Of a DNA stretch of 64,000 nucleotides, positions 37,401-52,600 are shown piece by piece. The notes under the pieces are model-generated. The model saw only the letters and a list, made by a program, of their open reading frames with translations, was not told the origin of the DNA and made no database searches. The number at the start of each line of letters is the position of its first letter. Position 1 is the first letter of the stretch. The DNA comes from Eledone cirrhosa (Eukaryota). The stretch lies in contig OZ024758.1 in assembly GCA_964016885.1 (NCBI GenBank), positions 6,820,001 through 6,884,000 on the forward strand, in the 5' to 3' direction. Made by a program: the position numbers and the translations under genes.

Positions 37401-40400
37401 GGAACTCATCCAATTGGAACAAGGAAACACTGTTTCCATTGGTCTTTCCATTGCTGGTACTATCTACTTGTTGCCACTCCTGGCAGAAAGGGCAACATAA
37501 AATAAAGTGTCTTGCTCAAGGACATAATGCATTGCCCGGTCCAGGAATCAAACTCACAAATTCACAATTGCGAATCCAATTCTTTAACCACTAAGCTACG
37601 TGCCTTCACTGTGGACATAGAACAATCATAATTTCCACAGTGACTCAACTGATATTCTATCTACATATAGCTATCATAAGATTACATTTTAATGTGTAGT
37701 AGTAGTAGTAGCAGCAGTAGCAGTAGATATACAGATTAATTGTAAAGAAGGACAAATTAACTAAGCAACAATTAACAACCAGAAATTAATACATAAATAC
37801 TTTTAGAGACATGTTTTCCATACGGATATTATTATCTTTACATTTGTTTGTTTTAACTCTTCCTATTCAGACATTTTTTCAAATTAACTACACTTGTATT
37901 TTCCACTCTATTCTTTTATTTTCATTTTAATTCTTGCAGTTTCCATGAAACTATCAATTTTGTTTACGATGATTTTGAACTGTGAAGGTCATATATAGTT
38001 TTCTTACTACTACTACCACTTTGAAGATAAACTCCGCCAGTTGCAGACTGCGCATCAACATGAGATATTTTCCTCCACAAAGTTCGATCACCAAGAGCAG
38101 AGTTTACAAGATTGAGATTTTGCTCCATCATATAAACAGTATCTGGGTTTCAACAGATAACTCCTACAGTAGCAGTTATTTCATAGATAATCAGTTTGTT
38201 TAAAATCATTGAATTTCTTCTTTAAGATCCAAATCACGCATGATTTTGAAAATGAGAAGTAACTTTTCTTGTAGAATGGTACAAAACATTCTTTATGCTT
38301 TAGAGCAGTCATGGGCAACCTGCGGCCTATGGGCAGCCCACGAAGCTTTCTCAATGGCTTGCCTAAGTCACCTAAGTGAAATCTTTCTGATTTTTTTTTA
38401 CTCCAACTTTTCAGTCATAATTTATCTTTCTATCATTTTTACAATCGAGGAAAATAACATGTACGAATTCTGAAGAAACAAATCACAACAACCTAATGTG
38501 GGCACGAATGTAAATTAGCGCGTGCAGCCCGCCTGATGATGAGCCATAGCTCATGCAGCCCGCTCTAAAGCAGGCATGGGCAAAAGGTTGCCTATGCCTG
38601 CTTTAAAGTCACTAACAACATGATAGTCTATGAACTAATGAAATAGCTTCGTGGTTGCTCAACCAGCTTGAAAATAAACAACCAAATCTCCCTCAAACCA
38701 CCTTTCTACTCTCTTAGAAAGGACACACAGGATAATAGTCCAGGTACACCACTCTTGGGGGAAACAGTAAAGATTGTGATAGTTCAATGAAGGATGTCTT
38801 GGAGTTAAACATATTATTCTAATAGGTTCTGCAACACGTATTTGAATAATCAACTTTCTGATTTCATGCAGCATCATTATTTTTAGAAATTTTCTAGAGC
38901 CTCTGTTCAGTCTTCTTTTTTCTCCTGAAGTAAAAAAAATGAAATTAAAAGAAAATGTTTATATAAACAATACCTCTGGGAGGAAATTATGACGTTTTAT
39001 TACTTGATAAAGCATCTCATGAGTCTCAATGGCAGGTTTGAGGTCACCCTTTAAGACCTAGAAAAAATACAAAAATATCTTATTAGAAAATCATTCAAAG
39101 AATATATTTACATATACTACATACATCATCATCATCTAACGCCTGCTTTCCCTGCTGCAAGAGTTGAACGAGTCTACATAGACCAAGTCAATACTGAAGT
39201 AGGGCTACTGACTTCCCAGACAGGCTGATGAGTGTGTATCTCACTTATGAATGGTCATATCAAAAGTGGTTGGCATTAGGAAGGGCATCCAGCAGTAGAA
39301 ACCAAGCCAAAATCAGTTCTGTGTGAGCAAGACATAGTTGTCCGACCTGGATCTCTCACAACGGGACAGAACATCCTACCCATGCTAGCATGGAAAATGG
39401 ACATTAAACAATGATGATAAGCCGAAACAAATACAAGCCGACACCACTATTTTATGTCTGAGAAATGGGCAAAAATCCAAAACTTATTTATGTAGAATTT
39501 GAAGTTGGTGAAAATCATCAAAATATTGACCCTGAATATAAGCCGACCTACTTCTACCATTGATTTTTTGGACACATATTCCTCAGCTTATATTTGAGTA
39601 AATACGGTATTTGGAATAGAGTGTACCTCATTAGAAATACAGTTACAAAAGGGTTAATAATACTGTATCTGTTATTTAGAATTCACTAACCTGAAGACCG
39701 GGCCAAAAAGCCAAAAGGGAATCCATAAAGTTTCGAGAGGTTGATTGTGGTTTGTGCATATGAACATCAACTAAGAGAGGTCCTTGGCTAATATACTTCA
39801 TCACAGCTTCATAATGCTAAAACAAATAAAAATAATCTAATTGAGACTACTAATTAAAAAAGAACATTATGTAACAATATGAGACGTAACAACATTTCAT
39901 TAAAGAGATGAGGCTTATATTGAAAAGGAATTTCACAGCATTTATTTATGAGGGTCAGCTGAAAAGTCCATAAACTGACTATGAAGGAGTGATGCTGGAG
40001 CTGTGAAATTTTGCATGCATTAATTTCAACTCTTCTTATTAATAATTGCATTGTTTCTTTCCAATTTCCAAGGACTATGTTGAAAAATAAACATCATTTG
40101 GTCATTCCATGAGAGTATCTTGGTCAGCCTATGAAGGAGTGATGCTAGAGCTGTGAAATCTTGCATGCATTAATTTCAAATCTACTTATTAATAACTACA
40201 TTGTTTTTATCCAGGGACTATGTTGAAAAATAAACCTTATTTGGTCATTCCATGAACTTTTCAGCCAACCCTCATACAATGGTGAGTTTCAAGGAAAAGA
40301 AATGGAATGAATCTCTGTCTGCTTCAATGACAAGTGCTCCAGTTGTTCAATCAATAAAAAGCCTGAACATTCCATAAGTCAAAATAGCTTAGATACTTTT

Positions 40401-43400
40401 TTCTTTGTACATGCAGCTATAGAAATCAGATAATTTCTCCTGATATTTTTTTTCAGGACTGGGTGTTTTCTTCACTAGAGTTCTTGTCACCTGACACCGT
40501 TATACAGAAATAAAGACATCCAACAATATAATCACAATAACTGCTGTAAAACATTTTATCAAACTTTATACAATCAAGAAAATATCTCACCTTATTGAAA
40601 CGCTTTAAGTAAGTGTTATCACCCAATAAGATATAACCCTTTAGTACATATTCATAGTAGGAATCTATACCTGCTCCAACTCCACTTTCTGAAGAACAAA
40701 AAATAATAAAAACAATAATAATAAGTTTATCAAAATGAAACATTATCAAAATTTATAAATAAGCAAACACATCAAATAGTCTTCAGCCACATCATCATTG
40801 TTTAATGTCTGCTAACTGTTAGAAAGGGTTGGATGGGTCACCATAGACCAAGTCAGTACTGAAGCAGGGCTACTGACCTGCCAGAGGGTCCAAGGGGTCT
40901 GTATCCTACTTTCATATGGTCAAACCATTGTTAATAGCTCAGAGGTCCATTTTAACTTGCAGTGGACAAAACAACCTGTCTAGTATTGGTGTCATTATCA
41001 AATGCACCCAGAACCCTTTGCAAAGTGTTGATGTCATCATAAAATACTGATTTAAAATGTTTATATTTATTTAAAAATCTTCTATAAATTTATGTAAGAA
41101 CCTTTGTTAAGTTATGTCCCAAACCGCTGATAAATAATGAAGAAGTTAAATATTTCATTAAATCCTTCCAAATTCTTAATTATTTTCAAAATTATTTGAA
41201 AATCATATCATCATCATCGTTTAACGTCCATCTTCCATGCTAGCATAGTAGGCAATGTTTTTCAATTGAAATATAGTAGTAAAAAGGTTAATGCAAACAA
41301 TCCGATTCCTCATCATCACTGTTTAATGTCCATGCTAGCAGAGTGGACAGGTTGTTACAGATCACATAAGCACTAAATCAGATATGTTAGGGGTAAAGGT
41401 GTCTTGTTTACATACATTCATACACTTTACAGAGAGTACTAGGTGCATTTTATCATGGCATCAACACAAGGGAGGTTGCCATGATCTTGACACAATTAGA
41501 GAGTCCTCTCAACCCTATGTTTGGCAGGTTTGCTATGGATGGATGCCCATCCTGACACCAACCAATTTACAGAGTGTACTGGGTGCATTTTATTATGGAA
41601 CAAGCACTAACAAGCTTGTTGTGCCCTGCACACAACTGGTTTGGCAAGTTTTCTACATCTGGATACTGTTCCTAAATGCCACTCTACTGAGTGAAATGGG
41701 GACATTTTCATGGCATATGCCCTAGAAAGGTTGTCATGACTGAAGAATCTTCTCAACCCTTTTGGCATAGTTTCTATGACAAGATGCACTTCCTAAAATT
41801 ACTCCTGATATACTTAAGTTAAAAAGAGATCATCATCATCGTTACTTAAGTAAATATAGATAACAACACTTACCCCTACGGACCCAGTCTCCATTGTGAA
41901 TATTAATTACAGTGCCAACTAAATCACTGACACGATGGCGCTGTTGCCAAAGATAGTCCATTGCTTTACGTGCCTTCTCCTGCAAAGAAAGAAAAATGAT
42001 TGGATATGGGGTAAAGAGGGAGACACACCAAGGCATATCAGGTATAAAGTAGCTTAGAAAAACAGATTGGGTAAAAATATGAAAGAAAAAAAACAACACA
42101 GAAAGCACAGCTATATATATATATACATGCATATATATATGTATGTCTTGTTCCTCGAGCTGATTGACAGTGAAACATATGTAATATATAATTAAATATG
42201 TATATGATCCAACATTGATTTTTTGTTCCCTTATATATATATATATATATAAATGATCATCACCGTTTAATGTCTACTTATCCACGCTGGCATGTGAGAT
42301 TGAAGAAAACAGAAGTAGATAATAGGAATCAATAATCATCTTTGGTACATTTTCTAATCAAAGTACAGTTTGAGGCCCTTCTCTATCATGTCTGACCAAG
42401 GATTTCCATCTGAAAGGTTTCTCTCCAAGGCCCTCATAATTAAAAAGGTAATTTAATATATAGTCTCCAGTGTTTTCTCATACAAATTGACATGACAAGG
42501 TCTTTTTCTGCCATGTCTGACCAAGGGTTTCCATCTGGAAGGTTACTCTCCAAGGTCAACTAAGGCAACTAGGCCACACACCTTCACTCATGTAAATTAA
42601 ATAGGTAATCACCTCAAATATATAGTCCCCAGTTAATCGACTGAGAGCTGCGAATTCCAGAATGATAGTTCCAGCACAAGCAGTACAGGTGTCTTTATGT
42701 CTGCTTCGAAGATCAGCATCAATACCATGTAACAAATTTACCTGAAATGACAAATAGTAAGTGTTCATATAAAAAAATGTTCAATAGAGCAGTGCCCCAG
42801 CATGGCCTCAGCTGGATGGCTGGAACATGTAAAAGAGTAAAATACTTGGAATTTTATCAACATCTTCATTACATTGAATTAAAAGTAAACTTAATAACAA
42901 TAAACACTTTAAGGCCATTTTTCCTGCTAAAGCAGGGGTTAGCTTTGAGGAAACCCATGGCAGGTTTCATATTCATCAAGGAAACATTTTTAAGGCAATG
43001 TTTTACGGTTGGTTACACTTCATGGCACCAATCATTTTAGTTGCCTCTTACAGCACACAGAGACACAGAATCATCACCATCGTCACCGTTTACTGTCTAT
43101 TTTCCAAGCTAACATGGGTTAAACAAGTTGTCCCGTTGTGAGACAGATTAGGTGACCATGTCTTGTTTATACAGGACTATTTCTGGCTTGGTTTCAATGG
43201 CTGGATGACTTTCCTAAAACCAACATTTACAGTGTGGAGTGGGTGCATTTTTTTTATGATGGCACTAAAATGACAAGTTGGACTGAGTACTTTTTCCTCA
43301 GGTCACCAACCCGACCACTTTACAGTGTGGACTGGCCGCTTTTTGTCATGTATGTATATATGTATTTATTTATGTTGACTCTGCTGAGTTCCTCCGTCCC

Positions 43401-45180
43401 TTTGCCAGGTCTTGTATTTCATCCCACAGGGTGTCCAAATATCATCTTCCTTACCAAGCTAGCTTGGTTGGGTTGCCAGTTTAGTCGCTGACGACACGAC
43501 CATGATACAGGTTGTACAGTAGCTATCCAAATAGTTCTTTTCTTTTTTTTTTCTTTTGTTTTCACCTGGGAGTGAAAGGCCCCCAGGTGTTGTCACAACA
43601 CCTTTCTAGAAGGAAACTCTAAAAAAAAACCTGTGGCTTTGGCAGCATCCAATGATGTTGACCAGTTCTCCTTTTCAGGTAGTGTTTTCGATGCACAGAG
43701 AGTGGTATTGGTCCAGTGCAAGGCCTTTCCCCACTTAACTTAAAAAACTTTCAAAGAACAGGCATTGCTTGTTCAGGATATGTTACAGGTTCGTGTGGTT
43801 GGCCGTAGCCTAAAAGTGCACCAAACTCTATAATCTGACAAGCAATTGCAATACTCTTAGTAGAGTTTGCAGCCTTCATTTATTTATGTATATATGTACG
43901 TACATATGTTTGCATGTATAAGTTATAATATATTGCTGTAATATATAAGTATACTTACTTTTGGATAAGGAATCCCAGTTGTAGTATTGAAGGCAGGAAG
44001 TAAACGCATACCTACTTCATGAGCCATGGCAAGCAATTCACTATTATACCAGAGCATTCCCTTTCGTTTTTTCTTTAAGAAATTTGCAACAACATGGCCT
44101 CCTAACAGACCACTGAAAATAAAGTTTTGTGATTTATTGTAGAAAGGCAAAAAACTGCAAATTTTAAATTGGAAATACTATATTTGCCGGTGTCTAAGAC
44201 GCTACCATTTTCATAAAATAAGTCTAAAAAATCTACCTTGCGCCCTGGAGGGCGAAGGTTGTTTATCATTTTTTTCTTTTCAAATTTTTGGTCAAAATTA
44301 GGGTGCATCCTCGAGGACGAAGCGTTTCGGCGCCAGGAAATACAGTACTCAAAAGGTAGACAGATGTATGTATATCATATATAATAAACCACATTCAATG
44401 AAGGGGTAATTTAGAACACTAAATAATATTTATGAATCATAATTTTCAGTCTATATCTACATCGAGAAGTGTAAATTAATATATTCACTAAACCCAACTG
44501 ATTCAATAGCAATCCACACTACCAAAACTGTGGGTATATACAGAATGTATCAAAATGAATCATCTGATTTCAAAAATTTATATTTTTTAAACAAATGACC
44601 ACATAAACATGAGGTAACTTGTACAATACATGTCTGAATATAGAGTCTTATTTACAACTTTTACAAATGCTCAATATGCCATCCTCTGCAGACACAGCTT
44701 ATATCTACAGAATAGTCAAACTCTGATAATCATCAGACATTTTGATACACCCTTTTTCATTTAATTAATGAGGAATTTGGAGCAATTATTTCATTAATGA
44801 AGTGTATTTGTAACATCATTAAACAAATGGATCTTATATCAAATTATATTGACAGTTTTTAATTTAAATAGGGATTGTATTTCATAGAACAAGGGACTTA
44901 TTTGCTGTTTTACGATTACATGTAATGTATACAAATTATGCTAACCTTAAAATCAAGCAAATTTAGAAACAAACAAACATACAATCAAATAAATATGTAA
45001 ACCAAAATATATAACGTACCCCAATACACGAATGTTAGTTTCAAAAACAGACACAACAACATCACTATCAAACTTTGTGTTTTTAATCACAAGTTTAACA
45101 GCATTTTCAAATTCATCCAACTGACCAAGTAGCTACAAGGAATAGAAAGGAAATCTATTAGAATGAATGACTGTGATAGA

Positions 45181-45222
<42 letters not shown>

Positions 45223-48200
45223 ATAATAATAAATTTGAAGACTAAAATCCAAAGATGGCTCGATAAGGATAAATATATATCAAATATATAAGAACCGTAG
45301 AGCCAAATATGTATTAAAATAACAGATTAAAGTTTAAGCAAAGAATTGCTGCTTTCACCCTTAACGGGATCTTCTGAAACTAAAATAATCAATCTGTGAA
45401 CGCAGAAGTAAATATTTCGAAAAACGTTGCAACCGAATGAAGACAGGAAGATGATACTTTGGTTCATGGGGACGTTCCCTGGCAAAGAACAGAAAAAAAC
45501 GAAGATAATACGTCATTATTTGGAGCGGTGAGGACAATTACATGCAAAGACAAAACCACGTTTATGGTATAACTGAAGTCGTATATATATGGACTGGGTG
45601 CTTTTAGTCATGTCACCAACAGGACCACTTTTCAGGGTGGACTGGGTGCTTTTTTTGTCCTCACAGGGCTGACCAGGTGCCTTTGTTGTGTCACCCACAC
45701 AACCACTTTACACTAGTTCTATTTAAAAGCATTGTTTATAAAAGCATGGTAAGCAAGACATTGGAATGTCAAATAATTTTAACTAATGAAAAAAGAACAT
45801 TAATGGGGGGCGGGGGGCGATTATTCAAGATATGAGAGTATATGAAAAAATATATAAATATATAAATGATGATGATGATGATATAAATAGTATCAAATTG
45901 ACAGAGTCATTAGATTGTTGACACAAATGCCTCATGGTATTAGAAGAGAAGATAAAACATAATATTATATAATGGTGGAAAGATTAGTTACTTCCTTGTT
46001 AGTCAGCATGGTACAGTTAGTAGTAGTAGTAGTAATATAGGCTATGATGGTTGAGAGAGTTGTGAACAGTGCACCAAATTGATGTAAACTTCCTGAATCT
46101 GTTATCAACATTCTTGTTTTTCATCTTCACAGTCTCATCTTCAGGATGCAGTGATGTTGGCATGTGTAGTGTTGCAACTGCTTCTTGTAAGTACAAACAT
46201 ATATATACATATACATGTATAGCATCTTTACTACATCATCATCATCATCATCATCATACTTGTTGTTTGTTTGTTTGATGTTGAATTTCATCAGATGTGA
46301 CAACATAAAATTTTCTCAATCCAGATTGACAGCTTTTGAAACACACCTCTGCAACCAATCAACAACATACAAGCTACCATGTCTTTTTTACAAAGGCAGA
46401 ATCCGTCAGGTATTTGTGCCAACCCTTACAGATGGTCATGAATCTTGGGTAGTGATCGAAAGAATATGATCATGAATACAAGCAGCCAAAATGGGGTTCC
46501 ACCCAAGGGCCTTTGGAGTAATGTTACACGATAAGAGTGCGTAGATCAGAGATTAGGGAGTCACTTCTCCGAATTGAGAGATCACAGCTCCAATACTATG
46601 GACATGTGGTTAGAATGTCTCAGGAAAAAAATCACTGGACAGATTTTATGGGCAAAACCAACTGGCAAGAGACCCAGGAGTAGATCCCGAGCAAGATGGT
46701 TAGATAACATCCATGAGATTGGCTGGTCTCACTTGGAAATCCAGCCGAATCAGTTAGAGACAGTTGCTTCTGAGAGGACTCGAAGGAGTGTTTGAGGACT
46801 CGAAGGAGTGTTTGAGAACTCTGCCTCCATGACCCTCTCACGAATAAGTGGGCGAAGAAGATTTCATCAGTAAACCTAGAATTGTTATAAAAACGAAGCA
46901 ATTTTCACTGGAACATAATTTTGTTGATTCCAGACATGGATCCATTTAGACAAGACTTACACCATATCTAAAACATGTCTTCAACTAAGATGTGTTAAAT
47001 GAGTAGCTAGTTCTTGACAGCACAAATCATGTTGAGTCACCATGTGAATATCACGACAGCAGTGACCCTGTTGAGTTGACATGTGAATATCACGACAGCA
47101 GTGACCCTGCTGAGTTGACATGTGAATATCACGACAGCAGTGACCCTGCTGAGTTGACATGTGAATACCACAACAGCAGTGACCCTGCTGAGTTGACATG
47201 TGAATACCACAACAGCAGTGACCCTGTTGAGTTGACATGTGAATACCACGACAGCAGTGACCCTGCTGAGTTGACATGTGAATACCACAACAGCAGTGAC
47301 CCTGTTGAGTTGATATGTGAATATCATCACAGCAGTGACCCTGTTGAGTTGACATGTGAATACCACAACAGCAGTGACTCTGTTGAGTGTTGGTGTCATG
47401 ACAAAAAACACCCAGCCTACACTGTAAAGTGGTCATGCTGGTGACACAACAAAAGGCACCCAGCACTCACTGTAAATGAGGTTGGTGTTAGGAAGGGCAT
47501 CCAGCTATAGAAACCAACCCAAAATCAGTTCTGTATGTGCAAGACATGGTCACCTGGCCTAGCATACGGGACAACCTGTCTAACCCATGCTAGCATGGAA
47601 AAATTGACGTGTGATGATGATGCCAACCCATATTTTATTCTAAGTATAGTATATGTGTGTGTGTATATATAGGTGTGTGTATGTATATATAATATATATA
47701 GTAAAACCTACTCCAGCCAGTAGGCATCTCTAACAAAATACACCCCGTCCCACCACCACCACCACCCCCACCCCATCCACACCACCCCGTTCTATGTAAA
47801 GTTATGTTGGTGCCGCGCCATCCAGGCCGAAACAAATGAGATCGTGTAGGCCGAAACAAATGAGATCGTGTAGGTGTCACAACAAAAAAACACACAGTCC
47901 ATGCTGTAATGTGGCCATGTAGGCAACACGGTAAAAACCTCCCAGACCCACACTGTAAATGTGGTTGGTGTTAGGAAGGGCATCCAACTGTAGAAAACCT
48001 GCCAGACAGTCCTATGCGAGCAAGACAATCACTCTTGCCTCAAGTGGGACTACCCCCGTCCAAACCCATGCAAGCGTGGAACACGGACGTTAAACGTTGA
48101 TGATGATGATGATGATGATGATATATACTATATATATATATTTATATGACTGGTATTTGTCAACCAGCTGCATATTGTTTATGAAAGATATAAACAAAAG

Positions 48201-49479
48201 TTGTACTTTCCTTCTTATTTTTTTAAGTGTTAATCTGAAGATGTTTGCAATAACTGACATTCACACAAGCATGCACACAGATACACATACAATGGGCTTC
48301 CTTGCCGTCTCTATCTACCAAGTTTGCTCACAGTGCCATCAGTGTAAATTGGTGTTTCAAATAAAAATACCAGGTTGAGCGACATCTCTTTACAACAAAG
48401 ATGAACTTAACATGTTCAATAGGCAGAGCTCAATAAAATAAATAAACAGGATTGATACGATCTACTGGAACCAATAAAAAACAAAAATGCTTCTTGAAAA
48501 ATAAGGAAACAATCCTATCATCATATCCCACCAAGGAAACAATGTACCAAGGGTCATTCCATTGCTGATACTGTCTATCACAACTCCTGGCAGAAGGAGC
48601 AATGTGAAACCAAATATTTTGCTCCAAAATATGTGCCACCTGGTCCAGAAATTGAACCAAACCACTAGGCCACACTTAATAGATTTAGTTTAACCTTTAG
48701 CACATTGAATTGTTTTAATTGACACTGCATTATGTATTAAAGGGAGATTACTCTATCAGTGACATAATGCACCTAGAGTGCCTAGAAGGTTAAACATATC
48801 ACATTTTTGTCTATTCTGTTATAGACATTGCCTCCACCTGCCAACACTGCATCAAAGGCCACAGTATTCAATGGCAGGATATGTTTTGAGGAAAATTTGG
48901 CTGCTATTTGTAGCAGGTTAAGAGGCTGCATCGAGAATTTCTGATGAGTTGAGTGAAGTATTTGAGTTTGGGGATATTGAAACTTGAAAATTAACTTTTA
49001 CCACTGCAAACAGTGGTGGTGGTGGTCCCTAACTAGCCTGGAATTTGAAAAGTCTGGGTTAATTGAAAAAATTGACCTCCAGTATTTGTCTTGTACTTTA
49101 TTTTATCAATCCCAGAAGGGTGACAGGCAACTCAAAATACAAAGAACTGGAAATAAATACATGAAATTTTATCTAATTATCCTGTTTTCTAGAAAAATTA
49201 AAATTAGTCTTCCTTACTGACTGCTTTCACATCAGAATCTAATTAAATAATTAATGCAGGATGTATATTAATCTTTAATTAAAGCCAATTTATAAAATAA
49301 TGCCAGTTAATTTCACTAGTCTCTGAATGAGCCAATAAAAATATCTTCTCCCCGGATATACTATTGGAATATAGCTGTTTTACAGTCAACAGTTAGTACA
49401 GCAGTCATGCTGCTTATCAAAAAACAAACAACTCCAAAATTAATGTGCACTTAGCTATATATATATATACACATATACA

Positions 49480-49535
<56 letters not shown>

Positions 49536-49571
49536 ATACATACTTGGTAACTTGTTATAAGTAAATTGTAC

Positions 49572-49611
<40 letters not shown>

Positions 49612-52600
49612 TCACGATTTTACATCTGCTTTTCCATGCTAGCATATGAATAATACATACTAGATTATAGATAAAATACAATATGAATACAACAATCTTA
49701 ACAAGTCCACCTGTTATGTCCATCCGATTATTGATTTTTATTATCTTACCCCTATTTATAATTTTGGGGTTCGTAGGCAACCTATTTGTCATATATATTT
49801 ATACCTGGAAACCTTACAGAAATAATGTAGAAGCATTCATCCTAACGCTAGCAGTTACTGATCTGATTGGATGTTGTATTGGAATACCAATGGAAATGGT
49901 GGAACTCTACACTGGATATGACTCAAAATATCTATGTAAATTCTACAAGTTCATTATTTTCAGTTGCAGTATCATGTCCTCTCTAATTCTTCTCATCATT
50001 GCCATTGAGCGATTTAGAAAGATATGCTGCCCATTAAAGCAACAAATGAATCAATATATATGCAAGGTTCTTATTGTTTTCTCAGCATTAATATCAATTA
50101 TAGCACCACTGCCAACTGTTTTCTCCACCATTATTGTTCTCCCCAAAAAAACCTTCAGCATCTGCCTCTACAAACCACATGGAGATTCTGTTTCCCGTTA
50201 CACTATAGCAGCATTGATTATTCATGGCATTATTTTAATAGCCATGACTGTACTTTATTCATATGTCCAGAACACTATTTTTCATCGTTATAAGAAAAAA
50301 CAAGGAAATGAAAGTAAAGAAGAAGCATGTAAACAAGAAAATATATATCGCACAAATGCAGTCCTTTTTTCAATATCCATTTTGTATTTTGTGAGCTTCT
50401 CACCGTCCCTTATTTTTGCTATCATATATCAATATTGTAAATACTCTGAATTGCTGGAGGTTTTTAAAACAGTCATCTATCGTCTTTGGATACTAAATTC
50501 CTCCTTAAATCCTATTGTGTATGGATTCTGTAACAAAATATTCCGGAAAAATCTTTTCAGTATATTTACGAGAAATAGAATGGACTCATCAGAAATATGA
50601 GAGAAACTTTGGGTGCATTTTACTCCACCACATAACTCAAAGAAAAGGTATGCTTAAAACTTTCAGAAGTGTTCTTTCCTGACAATATTTTTAAAGAAAT
50701 ACACTATGATTTGGATTAATTTCAAAAATAACCAAGAATTTGGAGGAATTGAGTGAAATAGTTACTGTTTATACTTATGCATATGTCACACCATTTCCAT
50801 GGAAAATCAACATACAGAACCAGCATTTGACTTATCTACTGGACCTACAAAACCTCAACACAAAAAAATATAAGACATTGTAAATGTATGTAAAATCTAA
50901 GTATGACTATTGTATCAGTGCAAATAATGCCCGTGTATATATGACAACGTTTTCATTGTTAAGTGCAAATAATGCCCGTGTATATATGACAACGTTTTCA
51001 TTGTTAAGTGCAAATAAAGCCTGTATATATGACAACGTTTTCATTGTTAAGTGCAAATAATGCCCGTGTATATATGACAACGTTTTCATTGTTAAGTGCA
51101 AATAATGCCCGTGTATATATGACAACGTTTTCATTGTTAAGTGCAAATAAAGCCTGTGTATATATGACAACGTTTTCATTGTTAAGTGCAAATAAAGCCT
51201 GTGTATATATGACAACGTTTTCATTGTTAAGTGCAAATAATGTCCGTGTATATATGACAACGTTTTCATTGTTAAGTGCAAATAATGCCCGTGTATATAT
51301 GACAACGTTTTCATTGTTAAGTGCAAATAATGCCCGTGTATATATGACAACGTTTTCATTGTTAAGTGCAAATAAAGCCTGTGTATATATGATAACGTTT
51401 TCATTGTTAAGCTGTCATTTGAACTTACACCTATTTTCATTCATAAAATTATAATTGTTTCTACTTTTGGCACAAGGCCAGCAATTACCCAGTGCAATTA
51501 CTGGTACTTTATTTTATCGACCCCGTAAGGATGAAAGGCAAAGTTAACCTCGGCTGGATTTGAACTCAGAATGGCAAGGGCTGTAACTCTATGCGTCAAA
51601 GCATGGCGTCCGACCCTCTACCGATACTAATGGAAGATTTTAATTTAAATCTGAACACTTAAAAATGTTTAGTTTGTATAAAAAACTAGAGACATTCCGA
51701 GATGTTAGGGAAAAGGTTATGCTCTATTTAAACACTTGAATAATTATTGAACCCAGTCACTGTTACTGTTTCCTTTATATTCCCAAATATCTCTCCTTTT
51801 CCTTTCTCTTCTACTTCAAGAATGTATGAATCTTATTTACAAGGTTTGTTCCAAAAGTAAGGGTACTGATTTTTTTTATTGAAATACATATTAGGCATAC
51901 ACGAAATTACAAGTTACCTCCTTCAAAATACAACCCCTAGGAAGTCACACAGTGGTTCCAGTTTTTTTTTCAATTGATCATAATAGTACCAGAAGTCATT
52001 TTTTATGCATGTCCTTAGCTTGTTGGTTACAATTTTTTCTATGCTTCCCACAGTCCCAAAACGATGACCCTTCAACTTTGATTCCATTCGCCAACACTAG
52101 ACCTGATGTCCCTCCCCCCTCCATACACACGCACATGTATTTCATGACTCATACACTGTTCATTTTCCTGACATTTGTACATTATTCTATGTACTATACA
52201 TGCACCTTTGATGAGTTGTAGTACACCTGAGCACTGTACACAATAATTTCATTATTATTATTATTATAGATCTGGGCTGTATGGATCATAATAGGTATGT
52301 TTATATGAACCTCTCAGCCTGATAGAAATATCAGCCAAATCTTTTTCAAATCACATCCTGTATTATGTATGTATGTATGTGTATAGATTAAAAGTTTAAG
52401 CGAAAAACTGCTGCTTTCACCCTAAGTGGGATCATCTGAAATAGTATTTTGCTTAAACTTTTAATCTGTACTAATTATAAATATTTTCTCTATGGGTTTA
52501 TATATATACAAGCCTTATCAAGTCTTCTTTAGATTTTAGTCATTGTATTCATTACTACTATATATATATATATATATATAATCATCATTGTTTAACGTCC

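Noticed and set aside
46030-46190. Short open minus-strand stretch ([22 protein letters not shown]...) in the large EDEM3 intron
   Set aside because: No recognisable homology, poor splice signals, and it would interrupt the conserved GH47 domain
46981-47466. Cys/His-rich repeat ORFs ([13 protein letters not shown]) resembling a metal-binding protein
   Set aside because: Several frames open only because of a 39-bp minisatellite in a retroelement tail
50907-51454. 177-aa and 148-aa repeat ORFs
   Set aside because: Translations of the 45-bp minisatellite
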